Virus record (IMG/VR): IMGVR_UViG_3300005077_000936
Location: 1-28,726 of that record
Strand: one strand, 5' to 3'
DNA length: 28,726 nucleotides
Source of the DNA: a virus
The notes under the pieces were generated by a model. The model searched no databases. It had not been told where the DNA came from and saw only the letters and a list, made by a program, of their open reading frames with translations. The position numbers were made by a program, and so were the translations under genes. Of the stretch, positions 8,741 to 19,206 are shown one piece after another (the first letter of the stretch is position 1; every line of letters starts with the position of its first letter).

Positions 8741-9532
8741 TTACTTGTTAAGCTTTTCAAGTATACTGACCTTCATTTTTGAATTCTGTGGGTCTTTGAA
8801 CCAGTCTACTGCTGACTCATAATCATTTGCAATTCTTTCACCCATATAGAATATTGCACCTGCTTCTTTTGTGAGAACATTGCGTTGAAGTGCATCAAGA
8901 ATAGTGGCACGGATATTCATTTCCTGTTTATCCATTTTTGCTACTCTCATGAAGTCAGCAGGCTTTTCATCAATGATCTTGTCAATTTCAACATCAATAA
9001 AATCCTGACTTCTTCCTTTAACTGCTTTCTCACTGAGTATCTGCACAATGGCAGTTTTCTCATCAAGTGACATTTTAAGCACAAGCTTGGTGCATTCTCT
9101 CTTTCTCTGAATCTTGGTAGCATTTAGCTTTACCACTTCACTTTCATCAAAGATGACATGTGTTGCTTCAGGATAGAGACCCTTTTCATAATCCTGCATT
9201 GAGTTTGCCACATATTGACTTGCCTTAAGATTCTTAATCTTTACAAAGTCAGCTGGCTTCTCATCATCAAAGATTACTGTTTGGTTAGGAAGTTTTATTC
9301 TTGCTGATTGAGAGCTCCAGTAGGGATGAGGGGTAGTGGGATCAAATCTGTCTGAGAGATCAACTCCCATAAGTTTTCCATACTTTTCTGCCTCTTCTTC
9401 TGTTAACCCTGTAGCATATCTTCCTGTTTGGGTATTGTAAAGAACTTCAATTACTTTTGGTTGTGAGAAGGATTCTTTTCCTTCTTTTCCATGCCACGAC
9501 TTGCGTGTAATAGGTTTTACTTCGACTAACAT
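8741..9532 (-). CDS. Conserved crAss-like protein downstream of MCP
   Basis: Likely start ATG 9532 (MLVEVKPI), because the 9613 start runs through the MCP terminator. Contains YATGLT..E and ends WFKDPQN..MK..I.EKL. Confidence 0.7.
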   Translation of the reverse strand: MLVEVKPITRKSWHGKEGKESFSQPKVIEVLYNTQTGRYATGLTEEEAEKYGKLMGVDLSDRFDPTTPHPYWSSQSARIKLPNQTVIFDDEKPADFVKIKNLKASQYVANSMQDYEKGLYPEATHVIFDESEVVKLNATKIQRKRECTKLVLKMSLDEKTAIVQILSEKAVKGRSQDFIDVEIDKIIDEKPADFMRVAKMDKQEMNIRATILDALQRNVLTKEAGAIFYMGERIANDYESAVDWFKDPQNSKMKVSILEKLNK

Positions 9533-9558
9533 AAATAAGGGTTTAGGTTTGCTCTTAG

Positions 9559-9605
9559 AAAAAAAAAGGTCAGGAAAAGGGGAATGACTCCCCCTTTCCA
9601 TGACC
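9559..9605 (-). terminator. Intrinsic terminator after MCP
   Basis: GGTCA-GGAAAAGGGGA...TCCCCCTTTCC-A-TGACC hairpin followed by T9 on the minus strand. Confidence 0.8.
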
Positions 9606-9615
9606 AAGGGCAAAA

Positions 9616-11091
9616 CTATTGTTCCCCTCTTCCTCCTGTGTAGAACGAGTTACGGGAAAGAATGAGTTCACCACACTTGGTAACATCCTCAATATGCACA
9701 CCACATTGTTTTGCAACATGCATTTCATAGTAGTCACCTGAGTGGCTCATCATTCCTTTGGTATTGGGGCCATAAGGATTCTGAAGACCTGATACATAAC
9801 CAAGTTTGAAGCCATTTGCCTTATCAATCAACTGGATGTTAGCTCCAGAGCCACCTTCGGAGAAGTCAAGGAAGGTATATCTCATGGATTCCATGGGATA
9901 ACCTGTTACCGGATCAATCTCGAAATTGATTTCACGATCATCGTAAAGTGGCTGATGAATAAGTTCAAGTTCAGCTCCATTTGCCATGCGGTACTTCACA
10001 AACTGATAGCCAGCAGCGAGAGCATTAGAAGTGTAAGGAGACGAAGTTTTGTCCACGATGTACTGGTCAACAACGGCAATAAAGCCTTTCTTTGCTGCCC
10101 AATCCTGAACTGCCCTATGGAACAGGATCATTCCATATTCACCAGTAAAGGCTTTAATTTTCCTTCCTGATCCGGGCTTTACTCTTCCGTAGAAGATATC
10201 CATCAGATACTCCTCAATAAGAGTAGTTGACAGATGAGAATAACGATAAACATGTGCATCTTCAAGCATTTCCTGAATGCCGGGACCTGAATAAACAGGT
10301 CTTCCATTTGCACCAAGAACAGTGTCAGTACTTCTTGAGTACCAATAACCTCTTTCAAGTTCACGATACCACTGTTCCCAATATTCAACTTCTGCATACT
10401 TGATCCATGAATCATGGTAAGTACCTTTTTCATCAGGGATTTTAACAGCAAGAACTTCATTGGCAGCATCACCTGTCACTGAATACATCTTACGATATCT
10501 TCCCATCTTGTTCTGAAGTGAGAGAGGCAGAGAGTACTGAGTACTACCTGACTGTTCACCACCTTCTTCATACTGTGAGTACAGTTTTGCCCATGGAGTA
10601 CCAGCATAAAGATACTGGGGTGGAATGAAGAATGAGAAATCATCACTCATTGGTCTTACTGAATAGAGGAAGCCGTTTCCTCTTCTTCCTAAAACTTCCT
10701 GAATACGAACCTGATACTTCTTGTTAGATGTACCCGGATGGATAACATCACCTGCAAGATACCAGTTTTCATCAAGTTTCAGGTTGAAAGTAGTCTTACC
10801 AAGACCGGGGGTAGTGTTTCCCGGCTCTACATTTTCAACAACCACAAGAGGTCTTGTAGTGGCCCCTTTGAGGTTCCACTCCCAAGAAGTAGAATTGATA
10901 GTTTTGGAAGTAGTATGAAGCAATGCTGTGAGAGGATTGCCTGCATAACGGGTAGAGGTAAATAACTGTGTCATTTTCCCCTCAAATACATCAGGCTTGG
11001 CAATCAAAGCAGCACCAAGATGATTTCTCTCAGTCATGTTTGCATGCCAAGGCATTTGCCTGACGATTAATCTGTTCTGTACTTTACTCAT
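9616..11091 (-). CDS. Major capsid protein
   Basis: 491 aa; synteny TerL-portal-acidic protein-this gene; motifs RYRKMYSVTGDAA, GPGIQE, HQPLYDD; strong downstream terminator. Confidence 0.85.
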   Translation of the reverse strand: MSKVQNRLIVRQMPWHANMTERNHLGAALIAKPDVFEGKMTQLFTSTRYAGNPLTALLHTTSKTINSTSWEWNLKGATTRPLVVVENVEPGNTTPGLGKTTFNLKLDENWYLAGDVIHPGTSNKKYQVRIQEVLGRRGNGFLYSVRPMSDDFSFFIPPQYLYAGTPWAKLYSQYEEGGEQSGSTQYSLPLSLQNKMGRYRKMYSVTGDAANEVLAVKIPDEKGTYHDSWIKYAEVEYWEQWYRELERGYWYSRSTDTVLGANGRPVYSGPGIQEMLEDAHVYRYSHLSTTLIEEYLMDIFYGRVKPGSGRKIKAFTGEYGMILFHRAVQDWAAKKGFIAVVDQYIVDKTSSPYTSNALAAGYQFVKYRMANGAELELIHQPLYDDREINFEIDPVTGYPMESMRYTFLDFSEGGSGANIQLIDKANGFKLGYVSGLQNPYGPNTKGMMSHSGDYYEMHVAKQCGVHIEDVTKCGELILSRNSFYTGGRGEQ

Positions 11092-11120
11092 TTTCGTAGA
11101 TATTTTTTAGAGTTTACTAC

Positions 11121-12224
11121 TTAGAAGTAGTCAGAGAGACTTCTATTCCTTGAAGTGGTAGATGAAGCTGGTCTTATATTATCCTTTTGAGTTAACAGGT
11201 TAGACTTTGCGTCTTTAGTCACCTTTGTCTTTACTTCTTTAACTAAGTCAGTAAGATCAAAGTCAGATTTAAGAAGCTTGGCAAGTAGGAGAAGTTTTTG
11301 TTTATCAGCACTCTTGTAAAGATTATTAACTGCTTCATGCAAAGGGGTGTTCCCTCTTTCATTTACATCTGAAATAAATCCCACAAGTTCCTTTTTCTCA
11401 GCTTTGGTAAATGTAAATCCATTTACCTGATCTGTTGTATCAAGGGTTTCTTTTACTGTATTAACAAAAGCTTTGTGATTATTTTTTGCTGCTTCACGCT
11501 TTTTTGCTGCTTCCTCTTGGGCAAGCTGCTTAGCTTTCTTGTCAGCATCCATAATCTGCGTGTAATACTTTTCAGCATACTTTTTCTTTTTACCTGATTC
11601 CTCAAGCCAATCAAGTTTATCATTAATGTCTTCGGTATCAAGACCTTCAACATTACGATAATAGAATTTCAAGATTTCATCCTGATCTTCTGTATTTTCA
11701 AGATTGACTTCTGGTATCTGGCTACTCTGAATCATCATCCTGAAAAAGTCACGGGTCTTGCCACCAGCTTTAATGTATTCAAGATACGCTGCACCATCCT
11801 CACTTTTTACTTCTGCAATAAATGAGTTAATGGTTTCTTCAACCCTGTTCTCAATTTCTTCATCCTGTAATTCAAAGAACTTTTCTTCTGTTACTTCTTC
11901 ATTTTCCTTTAACGTGATTGATTTCAGAATTCCTTTCTCTTTAAGTTCACTTGTCAGAGTTGTAAAGAACTTGACATCACTATCATCGGGTTCTTCATCT
12001 TTCTCTTTAGGTGCATCTTTAAAAGGCTCAGGTTCTTCTTCATCAATCTTTTTTTCTGGGTCATCAACTTTTTCTGGTTTTTTCTCTTCTTCTTCTTCAG
12101 GATCAGGTTCTTCATCCTTTTCCTTTACTGGTTCAACATCAAAGAATTTTTCAGAGTTATCCCATACGAAGTCTTCCAGAGCAGGTGTTTCTTCTCCTGC
12201 TTTTTTACTGGCAGTGTTACTCAT
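11121..12224 (-). CDS. Acidic/coiled-coil protein, putative capsid scaffold
   Basis: 367 aa, E/D/K-rich low-complexity N-terminus, helical remainder, located between portal and MCP. Confidence 0.65.
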   Translation of the reverse strand: MSNTASKKAGEETPALEDFVWDNSEKFFDVEPVKEKDEEPDPEEEEEKKPEKVDDPEKKIDEEEPEPFKDAPKEKDEEPDDSDVKFFTTLTSELKEKGILKSITLKENEEVTEEKFFELQDEEIENRVEETINSFIAEVKSEDGAAYLEYIKAGGKTRDFFRMMIQSSQIPEVNLENTEDQDEILKFYYRNVEGLDTEDINDKLDWLEESGKKKKYAEKYYTQIMDADKKAKQLAQEEAAKKREAAKNNHKAFVNTVKETLDTTDQVNGFTFTKAEKKELVGFISDVNERGNTPLHEAVNNLYKSADKQKLLLLAKLLKSDFDLTDLVKEVKTKVTKDAKSNLLTQKDNIRPASSTTSRNRSLSDYF

Positions 12225-12231
12225 AACGTTG

Positions 12232-12239
12232 CAAATTTA
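12232..12239 (-). promoter_or_regulatory. Bacteroidota -7 element (TAAATTTG)
   Basis: TAnnTTTG just upstream of ATG 12224; spacing to the start is very short. Confidence 0.5.
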
Positions 12240-12301
12240 AGTTTAAAAATTAAGTAAAGTACAGTTTCAAAATGTAGTCTTTTAGAAAATGTTTATTAGT
12301 A

Positions 12302-14758
12302 TCATTTAGATTTAGGCTTTTGTGAAGCCTTCTTCTCATCAATCTTTAACTTCTTGTCTGCTTGTTCAGAAGCTTTTCTATCCATTTCCTGTTGATGCTG
12401 GAATTTTAATTCATCAAGTTTCTGCTTACGCATTTTAATGTCAGCATCTACACCCATCTTTGCTACTTCAAGAACATCAGGCTTTCCATCCTCATCCATG
12501 TCTTTATCTGTGTTAAAGCCCATTGAGAGAATAAGTTGTTTTTCAATTTCAGTCTTTCTTCTTTCTTCTTCCTTAAGTACTATCAGTTCTTTTTCCCTTT
12601 CAAAAGCAGTCTCTGCATACTGTTCCTGTTGTGCAAGCATATCCTGTTGTGCTTTTGACTGTTGCTGCTGTAGTTGCATTTCTCTCTCATGTGCTTTACC
12701 TTCAGCTACTGAGAGCAGTTCTTCAGCTTCCTGTACTGATTCAGATCTGATAATCTTTACAATATCAGAGAGTTCTGCTTTTTGATTCTGCATTGCAGCC
12801 TGAGAAAGTTGCTGAACTGCTTGTTTTGCTTCAGCAGCTTTTGATGAATTGCTTACAAACAGACCATATGTAGAGTTATCAAGTAATTCACTATTGATAT
12901 CCAACAGCTTCGTAGAAAAGTCATCTATTACATAGGAAAGTTTACTGACATTTCCTTTTGAATAGAATACTTTGGCAGTTTCAAGGAGTCCTTCAATAAG
13001 GTTCTTCTTGATCTGATTATGCAGTTCAAAGTAAGGTTCAATGATAAAAGATGACTGAGTATAGTTCATCTGGGAATTTGCAACTGCCCCCTGAGGAGGA
13101 GTTTGTCCTTCCATTTCCTTTGTGATACCTACAGAAGCACCACATCTCATTTCAATATACTCTGCCATGTTAATATACTTCTGAATATCAGAAGCAAGTG
13201 ACATATCAATCTCTTTTGCTGCATTGACAACATCAGACTGACCCCCACGATTTCCTTCCTCATTGGGATTGAGAAATCCTATATGAAGGGTTTCTGCATA
13301 GTAAGCAAACTTATTAATATTGATTCCTTGTGATTCAGGAAGCATATTCATATTGAGCAAAAGGAGCTTGCCCTTATCAGATGCCATAAGCATCTCTATA
13401 CGATACATTATGATATTGTAATAAAACTGATAACTCTTCATTCTATCCATTAAGGATGTAATCTCTGAGTTTGTATTGTCATAAGCTGCACCTTTGTAAG
13501 ATAATTTACAATGATAGAGATTGGTGATATCCTTATACTGACCCGGAACAGGTCTCATTCTCTTGTAAATAGTACCAATTTTGTATCCTTCATGTGCCTC
13601 TGGTATCCACTCCACTTCAATTTTTATATCACCATTCTCAGGATTAAACCTGTAATTTTCATCAACCATCATTTCATGAATCTTGCCTGTCTTTAAATCC
13701 ATATAAGTTAAGAAAACAACTTTCTTCAGGCTTTTAAAGTTTGCATGAAATACCCTGATATTATTTACAGACTGAATCCTATTCTCATTGAAGGAAAATT
13801 CAAGAAACCTTGCATCAGGCATTGGTGATTGATATAGGCTGTCATAAGGGGCCATTGAATATATCTGATCAATCTCTTTCTCTGTAAGTTCATTTCCAAA
13901 GAATGCAACTACCTGTGAAGGTGTCATGCTATATTCACAACAAGCCCACTCACCATCTTCAATGTATTTGATATCAGGAGACCTGTCATAGTCAAAGTGA
14001 AGAGGATTAATTACCCTGACATCAGGCATTCCTGCACCTTCACCTTCCCAATATACTTCAAGTCCTGATAGAAGTGCATGTTTCCATCCATCATTAAACT
14101 TATCACGAATCTCAACCTTTTCTATGAGATATTCAAGTAACTGATGTGCAAGAACTTCAGCAGGATCCTGATGCTTTCTTTCCATATACTTTCTTATCTC
14201 TTCAGGAGTAGCAGCAGCAACTTCCTGTTGCACCTGCTGTTCAAGCTGTTTTGCTTGTTCTTCTGTAAGCTGTTGCCCTTGTGTTTGCTCTAATGCTTTC
14301 TTTCTTATATCTGCAATCACAGGCCCAAGAACCTCTCCTACTACAAACTCCCTTATCCTGTTAAATTCTTCCTGTTCCTTTCTTGTTGTAGCTTCTTCAT
14401 TCACTGCCACCACTTTCCAAGAAAATGGTCTCTTCATCTCAATACCAAGAAGAACTTTAATCTTTCCTGATGTAATATCCCTATTAGTAAAGTCAGCAGG
14501 AAGCTCTCCCACTGCATCTCCATAAGGTCTGCATATGTATTCAAATTCAGATGGGTCTATGATATTATTATATAAATCATAGTTTGCCTGCATTCTTCGA
14601 TATTCTGATACACCACCAAAGCCAGATACATTAGCAAATGACATTGAATCAAGCAGATCAATATGATGCTTATACCAAGCATAATCATTTGCCTCTTTCT
14701 TCTTTTGTGTTTGTCTATGATGAAAGGGAGTCTTTATGACAGGAGTTGTAGTATCCAT
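12302..14758 (-). CDS. Portal protein
   Basis: 818 aa directly after TerL; ANYDLYNN, KVLLG.E.KRPF, SLMDRMKSYQ..YNI, Q-rich coiled-coil C-terminal barrel. Confidence 0.88.
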   Translation of the reverse strand: MDTTTPVIKTPFHHRQTQKKKEANDYAWYKHHIDLLDSMSFANVSGFGGVSEYRRMQANYDLYNNIIDPSEFEYICRPYGDAVGELPADFTNRDITSGKIKVLLGIEMKRPFSWKVVAVNEEATTRKEQEEFNRIREFVVGEVLGPVIADIRKKALEQTQGQQLTEEQAKQLEQQVQQEVAAATPEEIRKYMERKHQDPAEVLAHQLLEYLIEKVEIRDKFNDGWKHALLSGLEVYWEGEGAGMPDVRVINPLHFDYDRSPDIKYIEDGEWACCEYSMTPSQVVAFFGNELTEKEIDQIYSMAPYDSLYQSPMPDARFLEFSFNENRIQSVNNIRVFHANFKSLKKVVFLTYMDLKTGKIHEMMVDENYRFNPENGDIKIEVEWIPEAHEGYKIGTIYKRMRPVPGQYKDITNLYHCKLSYKGAAYDNTNSEITSLMDRMKSYQFYYNIIMYRIEMLMASDKGKLLLLNMNMLPESQGININKFAYYAETLHIGFLNPNEEGNRGGQSDVVNAAKEIDMSLASDIQKYINMAEYIEMRCGASVGITKEMEGQTPPQGAVANSQMNYTQSSFIIEPYFELHNQIKKNLIEGLLETAKVFYSKGNVSKLSYVIDDFSTKLLDINSELLDNSTYGLFVSNSSKAAEAKQAVQQLSQAAMQNQKAELSDIVKIIRSESVQEAEELLSVAEGKAHEREMQLQQQQSKAQQDMLAQQEQYAETAFEREKELIVLKEEERRKTEIEKQLILSMGFNTDKDMDEDGKPDVLEVAKMGVDADIKMRKQKLDELKFQHQQEMDRKASEQADKKLKIDEKKASQKPKSK

Positions 14759-14781
14759 AGCAATAGGTGTTTAGAGTTTGA

Positions 14782-14789
14782 CAAAGATA
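14782..14789 (-). promoter_or_regulatory. Bacteroidota -7 element (TATCTTTG)
   Basis: TAnnTTTG in the TerL-portal gap, ~24 nt upstream of the portal ATG. Confidence 0.6.
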
Positions 14790-14793
14790 ATTA

Positions 14794-16932
14794 CTATCTG
14801 CGTTTATACAGCACTTTTGAAAATTCTTCAATACTTTGTGCTATTGGTGTTTTTTCAGTAGACTCCTTATATACCATTGTATCTTCTTCAATAAACATCA
14901 TGAGTATCATTAATGCCATTACCCTGTCAAAGTTGCCTTTTCGATTATAGTACATTAATTCTTCAAGTAAACCGGGAGAATAAATAGTATGAAGATTAAG
15001 AATTATCTCTCCATCCTCATTAACTTCTCTCTCTGCAAGAAGCCATTTCTTAATGTACTTTTCTCCAGCATCTTTAAGCTTCTCAGACATGTGGATACCA
15101 TATACTCTTTTTACCTTGCTATCAAGAACATGGGTTGAGATAACATTATCAGGTTGTCTTGCAAGAAGATGAAGTTTCTTTCTCCTTTCAAAGTAACTAC
15201 GCACTTCAGTTACTTCATTCTCATATCCAATCTCAAGGTTATAGAGTTCAGCAAGCATCTCCATATTCCTGTTATAATCATCAGAAGTATTAGGTCTTCC
15301 TACATACTCTGCAACAATACAGTCCCTTGAAAAGCTGAACTGGTTAAAGCCTTTATAAATGTACATTGCACCCAGAGAAGGAGATGTAGGAGCCTGTTGT
15401 TGCCTGTAAGGGTCATGTCCTGCTTTATAAAGTCCTTTTGGTGCATTGGGAACAGGATATTCATAGATAACAACAGCACCCCTTATTGATTTGCTTACAT
15501 TATCACGAAACCATAATGGTTCAAGTACTCCTTCAAGATCAGGCTTAGCTCTTACCTTATTAAGGTCATCCCTGTACAAAGTTACAGGTTGTCCAAACTT
15601 AAGGTAAAGCTTTTCCCTCTGTACCCTATTAAGCTGATTACGAAGTTCTTCAATAGGAAAGTCATTATAGGAAACAGTAAGAAATGCTTCTGATGGTTTG
15701 ATAGGATATTCCTGAACTCTGCCTTGTATAGAGAGACTTGTTCCTGAATTCTCAACAATATCCTTTCTTGTATCAAGCTCAAACTGAAGTGCCCCTTGCT
15801 TGTCAGAATTACCTTCCTTATCATAGAAGCCTTCCATATTCCAGTATACAGGATGAAAGAATCCACACTTTGTATTCTCTGCATTCTCATCCCATACATT
15901 AACAAATGGCAAGAGATTGAATTCCTTAGGATTATAGAACATGTAAGCAAAGTCTACAGTATCCCTCTCCATATCACCACCAGTACCAAATATCACCATT
16001 TGTCCTGTTACATATCTACCTGCCATAAGTGATGGCTCAGTAGCCCTGTAAGATTGCTTAAGATTAGGAAACTTTCCAGCTTCCTCAAACATTACAAGCT
16101 TTCCATCTTTACCACGGGCTGCATCAGGATTATCCTTGAAAGTAACAGCTATGATCTCAGAATGATATCCTGACTCAATGGAAATGCCATTCACATCTTC
16201 CTTGAATGATGCTTTTCTATGCTCCTGTTTGTCAACATATTCCCTTGCCTTTGCCCATCCTGTATATTTGTTCAGCCAGTTAATATAATTAGTGACCATC
16301 CCCATTGTACCTGTGGGGAAAAGATACTTCTTCTCAAAAGCACCAATAACAGTAATAGACCTTTTGGCAGTATTAAAGATATTTGCAGCAACAGCAGCAT
16401 TCTTATAAGAGTATCCTTTTCTTCTTGATTTGCCAACTATCATATGATGCCCACCATGCATATCTTCAGGTGCAATATGAACATCAAGATAAAGATCCTT
16501 ATATCCTTCAAGAGTTATTCCTTTCCTTGCTATTTCAAGTGCCCAGAAATAATTAAAGTCACCATCCCAGAAATGAGGAAAGTCAGTCTGTTTATCAGCA
16601 AAGTTAAGTTCTGTAACAGAATTAAAGTCAGAATCAGGAAATACTTTAGCAAGCCCTTCATCTACATTGACAAGTTCAATATTACAGAAGTTCATATAAA
16701 AATAGTGATGACCTGTAACTTTCACCCCACCTGCTTCATAACCATGGATACATCTTTTAAGCTGAGTATCCCAATATTCATACCAAGCATGGCTTCCCCA
16801 AGGTTCAGGAGTATAATAGCCATACTTCATAAAATGATTGGCTTCTTCTCTGAATACAGAAGTATTTATCCAAATACCATCAGGATTTCTGACATAGTTA
16901 GTCTTGGGAAGTATAGTCTTCTTCTTAGCCAT
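14794..16932 (-). CDS. terL: Terminase large subunit
   Basis: 712 aa; Walker A-like VGKSRRKGYSY, Walker B LVMFEEAG, motif III FGTGG, nuclease motifs GHDPY, YENE, NFDRVMA. Confidence 0.93.
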   Translation of the reverse strand: MAKKKTILPKTNYVRNPDGIWINTSVFREEANHFMKYGYYTPEPWGSHAWYEYWDTQLKRCIHGYEAGGVKVTGHHYFYMNFCNIELVNVDEGLAKVFPDSDFNSVTELNFADKQTDFPHFWDGDFNYFWALEIARKGITLEGYKDLYLDVHIAPEDMHGGHHMIVGKSRRKGYSYKNAAVAANIFNTAKRSITVIGAFEKKYLFPTGTMGMVTNYINWLNKYTGWAKAREYVDKQEHRKASFKEDVNGISIESGYHSEIIAVTFKDNPDAARGKDGKLVMFEEAGKFPNLKQSYRATEPSLMAGRYVTGQMVIFGTGGDMERDTVDFAYMFYNPKEFNLLPFVNVWDENAENTKCGFFHPVYWNMEGFYDKEGNSDKQGALQFELDTRKDIVENSGTSLSIQGRVQEYPIKPSEAFLTVSYNDFPIEELRNQLNRVQREKLYLKFGQPVTLYRDDLNKVRAKPDLEGVLEPLWFRDNVSKSIRGAVVIYEYPVPNAPKGLYKAGHDPYRQQQAPTSPSLGAMYIYKGFNQFSFSRDCIVAEYVGRPNTSDDYNRNMEMLAELYNLEIGYENEVTEVRSYFERRKKLHLLARQPDNVISTHVLDSKVKRVYGIHMSEKLKDAGEKYIKKWLLAEREVNEDGEIILNLHTIYSPGLLEELMYYNRKGNFDRVMALMILMMFIEEDTMVYKESTEKTPIAQSIEEFSKVLYKRR

Positions 16933-17486
16933 TACCTTTCAAATGGATTAACAGTTCTGTTTGCTCTTGTCTTGTTAGATTCAAATAATTCCTGATTTAC
17001 CTTTTCTCTTAGTGATTCAAGATTCTGCAAGATAGCAGAAGTCTGTGTCAATGCCCTTGCTACATCAGATGGTTTATTCACAAGACTGCCCTGATTGGTT
17101 GTTTCAGTCATATCAAGAGTAGTAAAGTAATCCTGAAGTTTGGTAATTCCTTCAAGTGCAGCTTCATAAAACCTGAGAGAAGGAGAAGCTTCCTTTTGAA
17201 AATTCCTATATACTTCAATGGCTTCAAGAACAAGATCATCAGGAGCCCAGTCAGGATTTGCTTTAAACACACTTGCTTTTACCCTTTGTTCCTTCACTTC
17301 ATTCTTAAATCCTGAAAAAGGATTGGACTTTTTGTAGCTACATAAAAATTCTATATAAGTAAATTCCCTTATAGCATTATCTTTATGAGCAGTACTATCT
17401 CTTTCCCATATTTTATCAAAAGGAAAAATGAGAAGTGTTTCAGGAACAGGAGTAACTATTCCACTTTCTATTGTAAACAAATTCAT
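16932..17486 (-). CDS. Conserved protein upstream of TerL, putative terminase small subunit
   Basis: 184 aa, helical with a C-terminal coiled coil; coupled to TerL (TAATG); F.KIWERD motif. Confidence 0.55.
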   Translation of the reverse strand: MNLFTIESGIVTPVPETLLIFPFDKIWERDSTAHKDNAIREFTYIEFLCSYKKSNPFSGFKNEVKEQRVKASVFKANPDWAPDDLVLEAIEVYRNFQKEASPSLRFYEAALEGITKLQDYFTTLDMTETTNQGSLVNKPSDVARALTQTSAILQNLESLREKVNQELFESNKTRANRTVNPFER

Positions 17487-18040
17487 AATTCAACTCCTAT
17501 GCTATCAATATAAAGAGTGGGTTCAAGTGCAATCATTACAGGATTAATAAGATAAGGTTTTGGAAATACAGATGGATGAATAAGATTTTCACACATTGCT
17601 GTACTCTCAGAACAATATACCTTCATCTTTGCCTTATCTCCTTTGGGCCCTATCCATAATCCTGTCTTTACAAGAATCATCTGAAAGATAAAATTAGGAA
17701 CATCATAAGGTGTTCCATGGAGTGACATCTCAATGGCATACTCAGATACTTTTTTCTGTTCTTCTGCTGTATAAGGATAAACAGAACTCATGAGAACAAT
17801 TCTTGATTTCCATTCTTGCTTTGAGTATGCCTTAAGAAGAGGAGTTACCACATATCCTTCTTTAACTGCTTCTGCTACTCTCAATTCATTCTTGTACTCT
17901 ACAATAGTACCTGCATGAGTGGGAGTAGGATAAGGAAGTATAGCATTGTGCTTTTCCAGCTCTTCATCCATAAAGACTTTAATCCCTTTTGAGAGTAATG
18001 ACTTTCCTGAATGAACAAGTATAATATCTCCTACTTTCAT
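17483..18040 (-). CDS. Permuted papain-like NlpC/P60 amidase (YaeF/YiiX, C92-like)
   Basis: Start likely ATG 18040 (MKVGDIIL). GDII, THAG (His), AEA, PYD, YCSE (Cys) in the permuted His-before-Cys order. Confidence 0.8.
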   Translation of the reverse strand: MKVGDIILVHSGKSLLSKGIKVFMDEELEKHNAILPYPTPTHAGTIVEYKNELRVAEAVKEGYVVTPLLKAYSKQEWKSRIVLMSSVYPYTAEEQKKVSEYAIEMSLHGTPYDVPNFIFQMILVKTGLWIGPKGDKAKMKVYCSESTAMCENLIHPSVFPKPYLINPVMIALEPTLYIDSIGVEL

Positions 18041-18047
18041 AGCTTTT

Positions 18048-18347
18048 TTATTTAGGGTCATATTCAATGTGAATGTGGTCCTTCTCAAGTACCACATCAA
18101 ATTCAGAGTTAAGCGAATTCCTTAATTCATTCACTACCTGCTTAATCTCAGTAGGAAGGAAATAGTATGTACGAAGATCAACAGCAAGTCCATTATCATG
18201 AAGACTTGCTGTACCATGAGTGGAATCATCAACAGATGTAAGTACTAACTCATGGGAGTAACGCTTATATATATCATTTGCAATGATAATAGCTATAAGC
18301 AACTGAGGCTTAAGATCAGTTAATCTTACATTTGGCTTTAGTTTCAT
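18048..18347 (-). CDS. Zinc peptidase M15 (DD-peptidase/Hedgehog fold), possible endolysin
   Basis: 99 aa; SLHDNGLAVDLR (H-x6-D) and DHIHIEYD (HxH). Confidence 0.8.
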   Translation of the reverse strand: MKLKPNVRLTDLKPQLLIAIIIANDIYKRYSHELVLTSVDDSTHGTASLHDNGLAVDLRTYYFLPTEIKQVVNELRNSLNSEFDVVLEKDHIHIEYDPK

Positions 18348-18883
18348 TTCATTTTCTTTATTAGAATTTCTATATCATGTGGTGCAACAGACTCCCCACC
18401 AAAATAAGGGTACTGCTGAAATATCCAAAATCCGGGCTTGTTTGGCTGAGGCGTTACTGTAGAGAGTGAATTAATAGTTACCTTATAATTTCCATATTCC
18501 CATGTAAGCCATCCATGACCTTCTTCCATAACATCAAGGGTATCCATAGGCACTATAATTCTTTGAGAATTAACATAAACATAAGAGCCCACAATAAATT
18601 TAGAATTGTTCCAGCATCTCCATCCTATTCTTTCAGAATTAACATGATTTGATAACTGACCACTGCCCCATAATTTGTTCCAACCTGTTGAAGGTAACTG
18701 AGATTCATCATACAAACAGGACTGAGTAAACTTAAAGTATATCTCCTGTTTATAAGAAGAGAGAGCAAGTTTGTGCTCCTGACAGTAATGCTGTCCCTTC
18801 TTTATGTGATACGTTTTGTAAGACTGAGAAAAAGTGAGTAGGGAACAGAGGAAAAGGATGATGAGAAAAGATGTCTTTTTCAT
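18344..18883 (-). CDS. Secreted/periplasmic aromatic-rich beta protein
   Basis: Signal peptide MKKTSFLIILFLCSLLTFSQ; motifs WNKLWG, NSERIGWR, PYFGG..APHDI. Confidence 0.7.
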   Translation of the reverse strand: MKKTSFLIILFLCSLLTFSQSYKTYHIKKGQHYCQEHKLALSSYKQEIYFKFTQSCLYDESQLPSTGWNKLWGSGQLSNHVNSERIGWRCWNNSKFIVGSYVYVNSQRIIVPMDTLDVMEEGHGWLTWEYGNYKVTINSLSTVTPQPNKPGFWIFQQYPYFGGESVAPHDIEILIKKMK

Positions 18884-18894
18884 GGTAAAGAGTA

Positions 18895-19206
18895 TTAGTT
18901 ATAGACTACTGCTTCAAAGGTAAGTGTTTTTTCTTCTTCATGTGAAGGATACACTATAGTAAGATAAACATACTTAACAGTCTTATAGTGTCCTTGCTTG
19001 GAAAGATGTTTTGGAACTTTTCCGGGCTTATAGTCAAGCATAACAGTATCCACCTTATTCCATCTTGCACCTATGCACCCACAAGAAGTCTTTATCCTAA
19101 TATCCATAATATTAGGATTAACAGCATGATGGAATGAAACATGATAATTATGCCCTGCATTAATATTACCAAGATCCTTCCTATCCACGATCCATTTTGT
19201 AAACAT
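18895..19206 (-). CDS. DUF1573-like Ig-fold protein
   Basis: Start likely ATG 19206 (MFTKW..KDLGNI); DLG.I, KTSCGC and K.V motifs. Confidence 0.7.
   Translation of the reverse strand: MFTKWIVDRKDLGNINAGHNYHVSFHHAVNPNIMDIRIKTSCGCIGARWNKVDTVMLDYKPGKVPKHLSKQGHYKTVKYVYLTIVYPSHEEEKTLTFEAVVYN

Noticed and set aside
9533-9613. N-terminal extension of track ORF 8741-9613
   Set aside because: Runs through the MCP terminator; ATG 9532 is more plausible.
11758-12785. Ser/Phe-rich plus-strand ORFs, and other antisense or nested ORFs such as 2050-2382, 16444-16995, 20679-20999, 25367-25861, 26719-27102 and 27725-27952
   Set aside because: Shadows of real genes on the opposite strand or frame, or overlapping terminators and structured RNA; composition is not protein-like.
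14794-16932. Intein or intron in TerL, portal or MCP
   Set aside because: Continuous ORFs of expected size with no splice-junction or homing endonuclease motifs seen.
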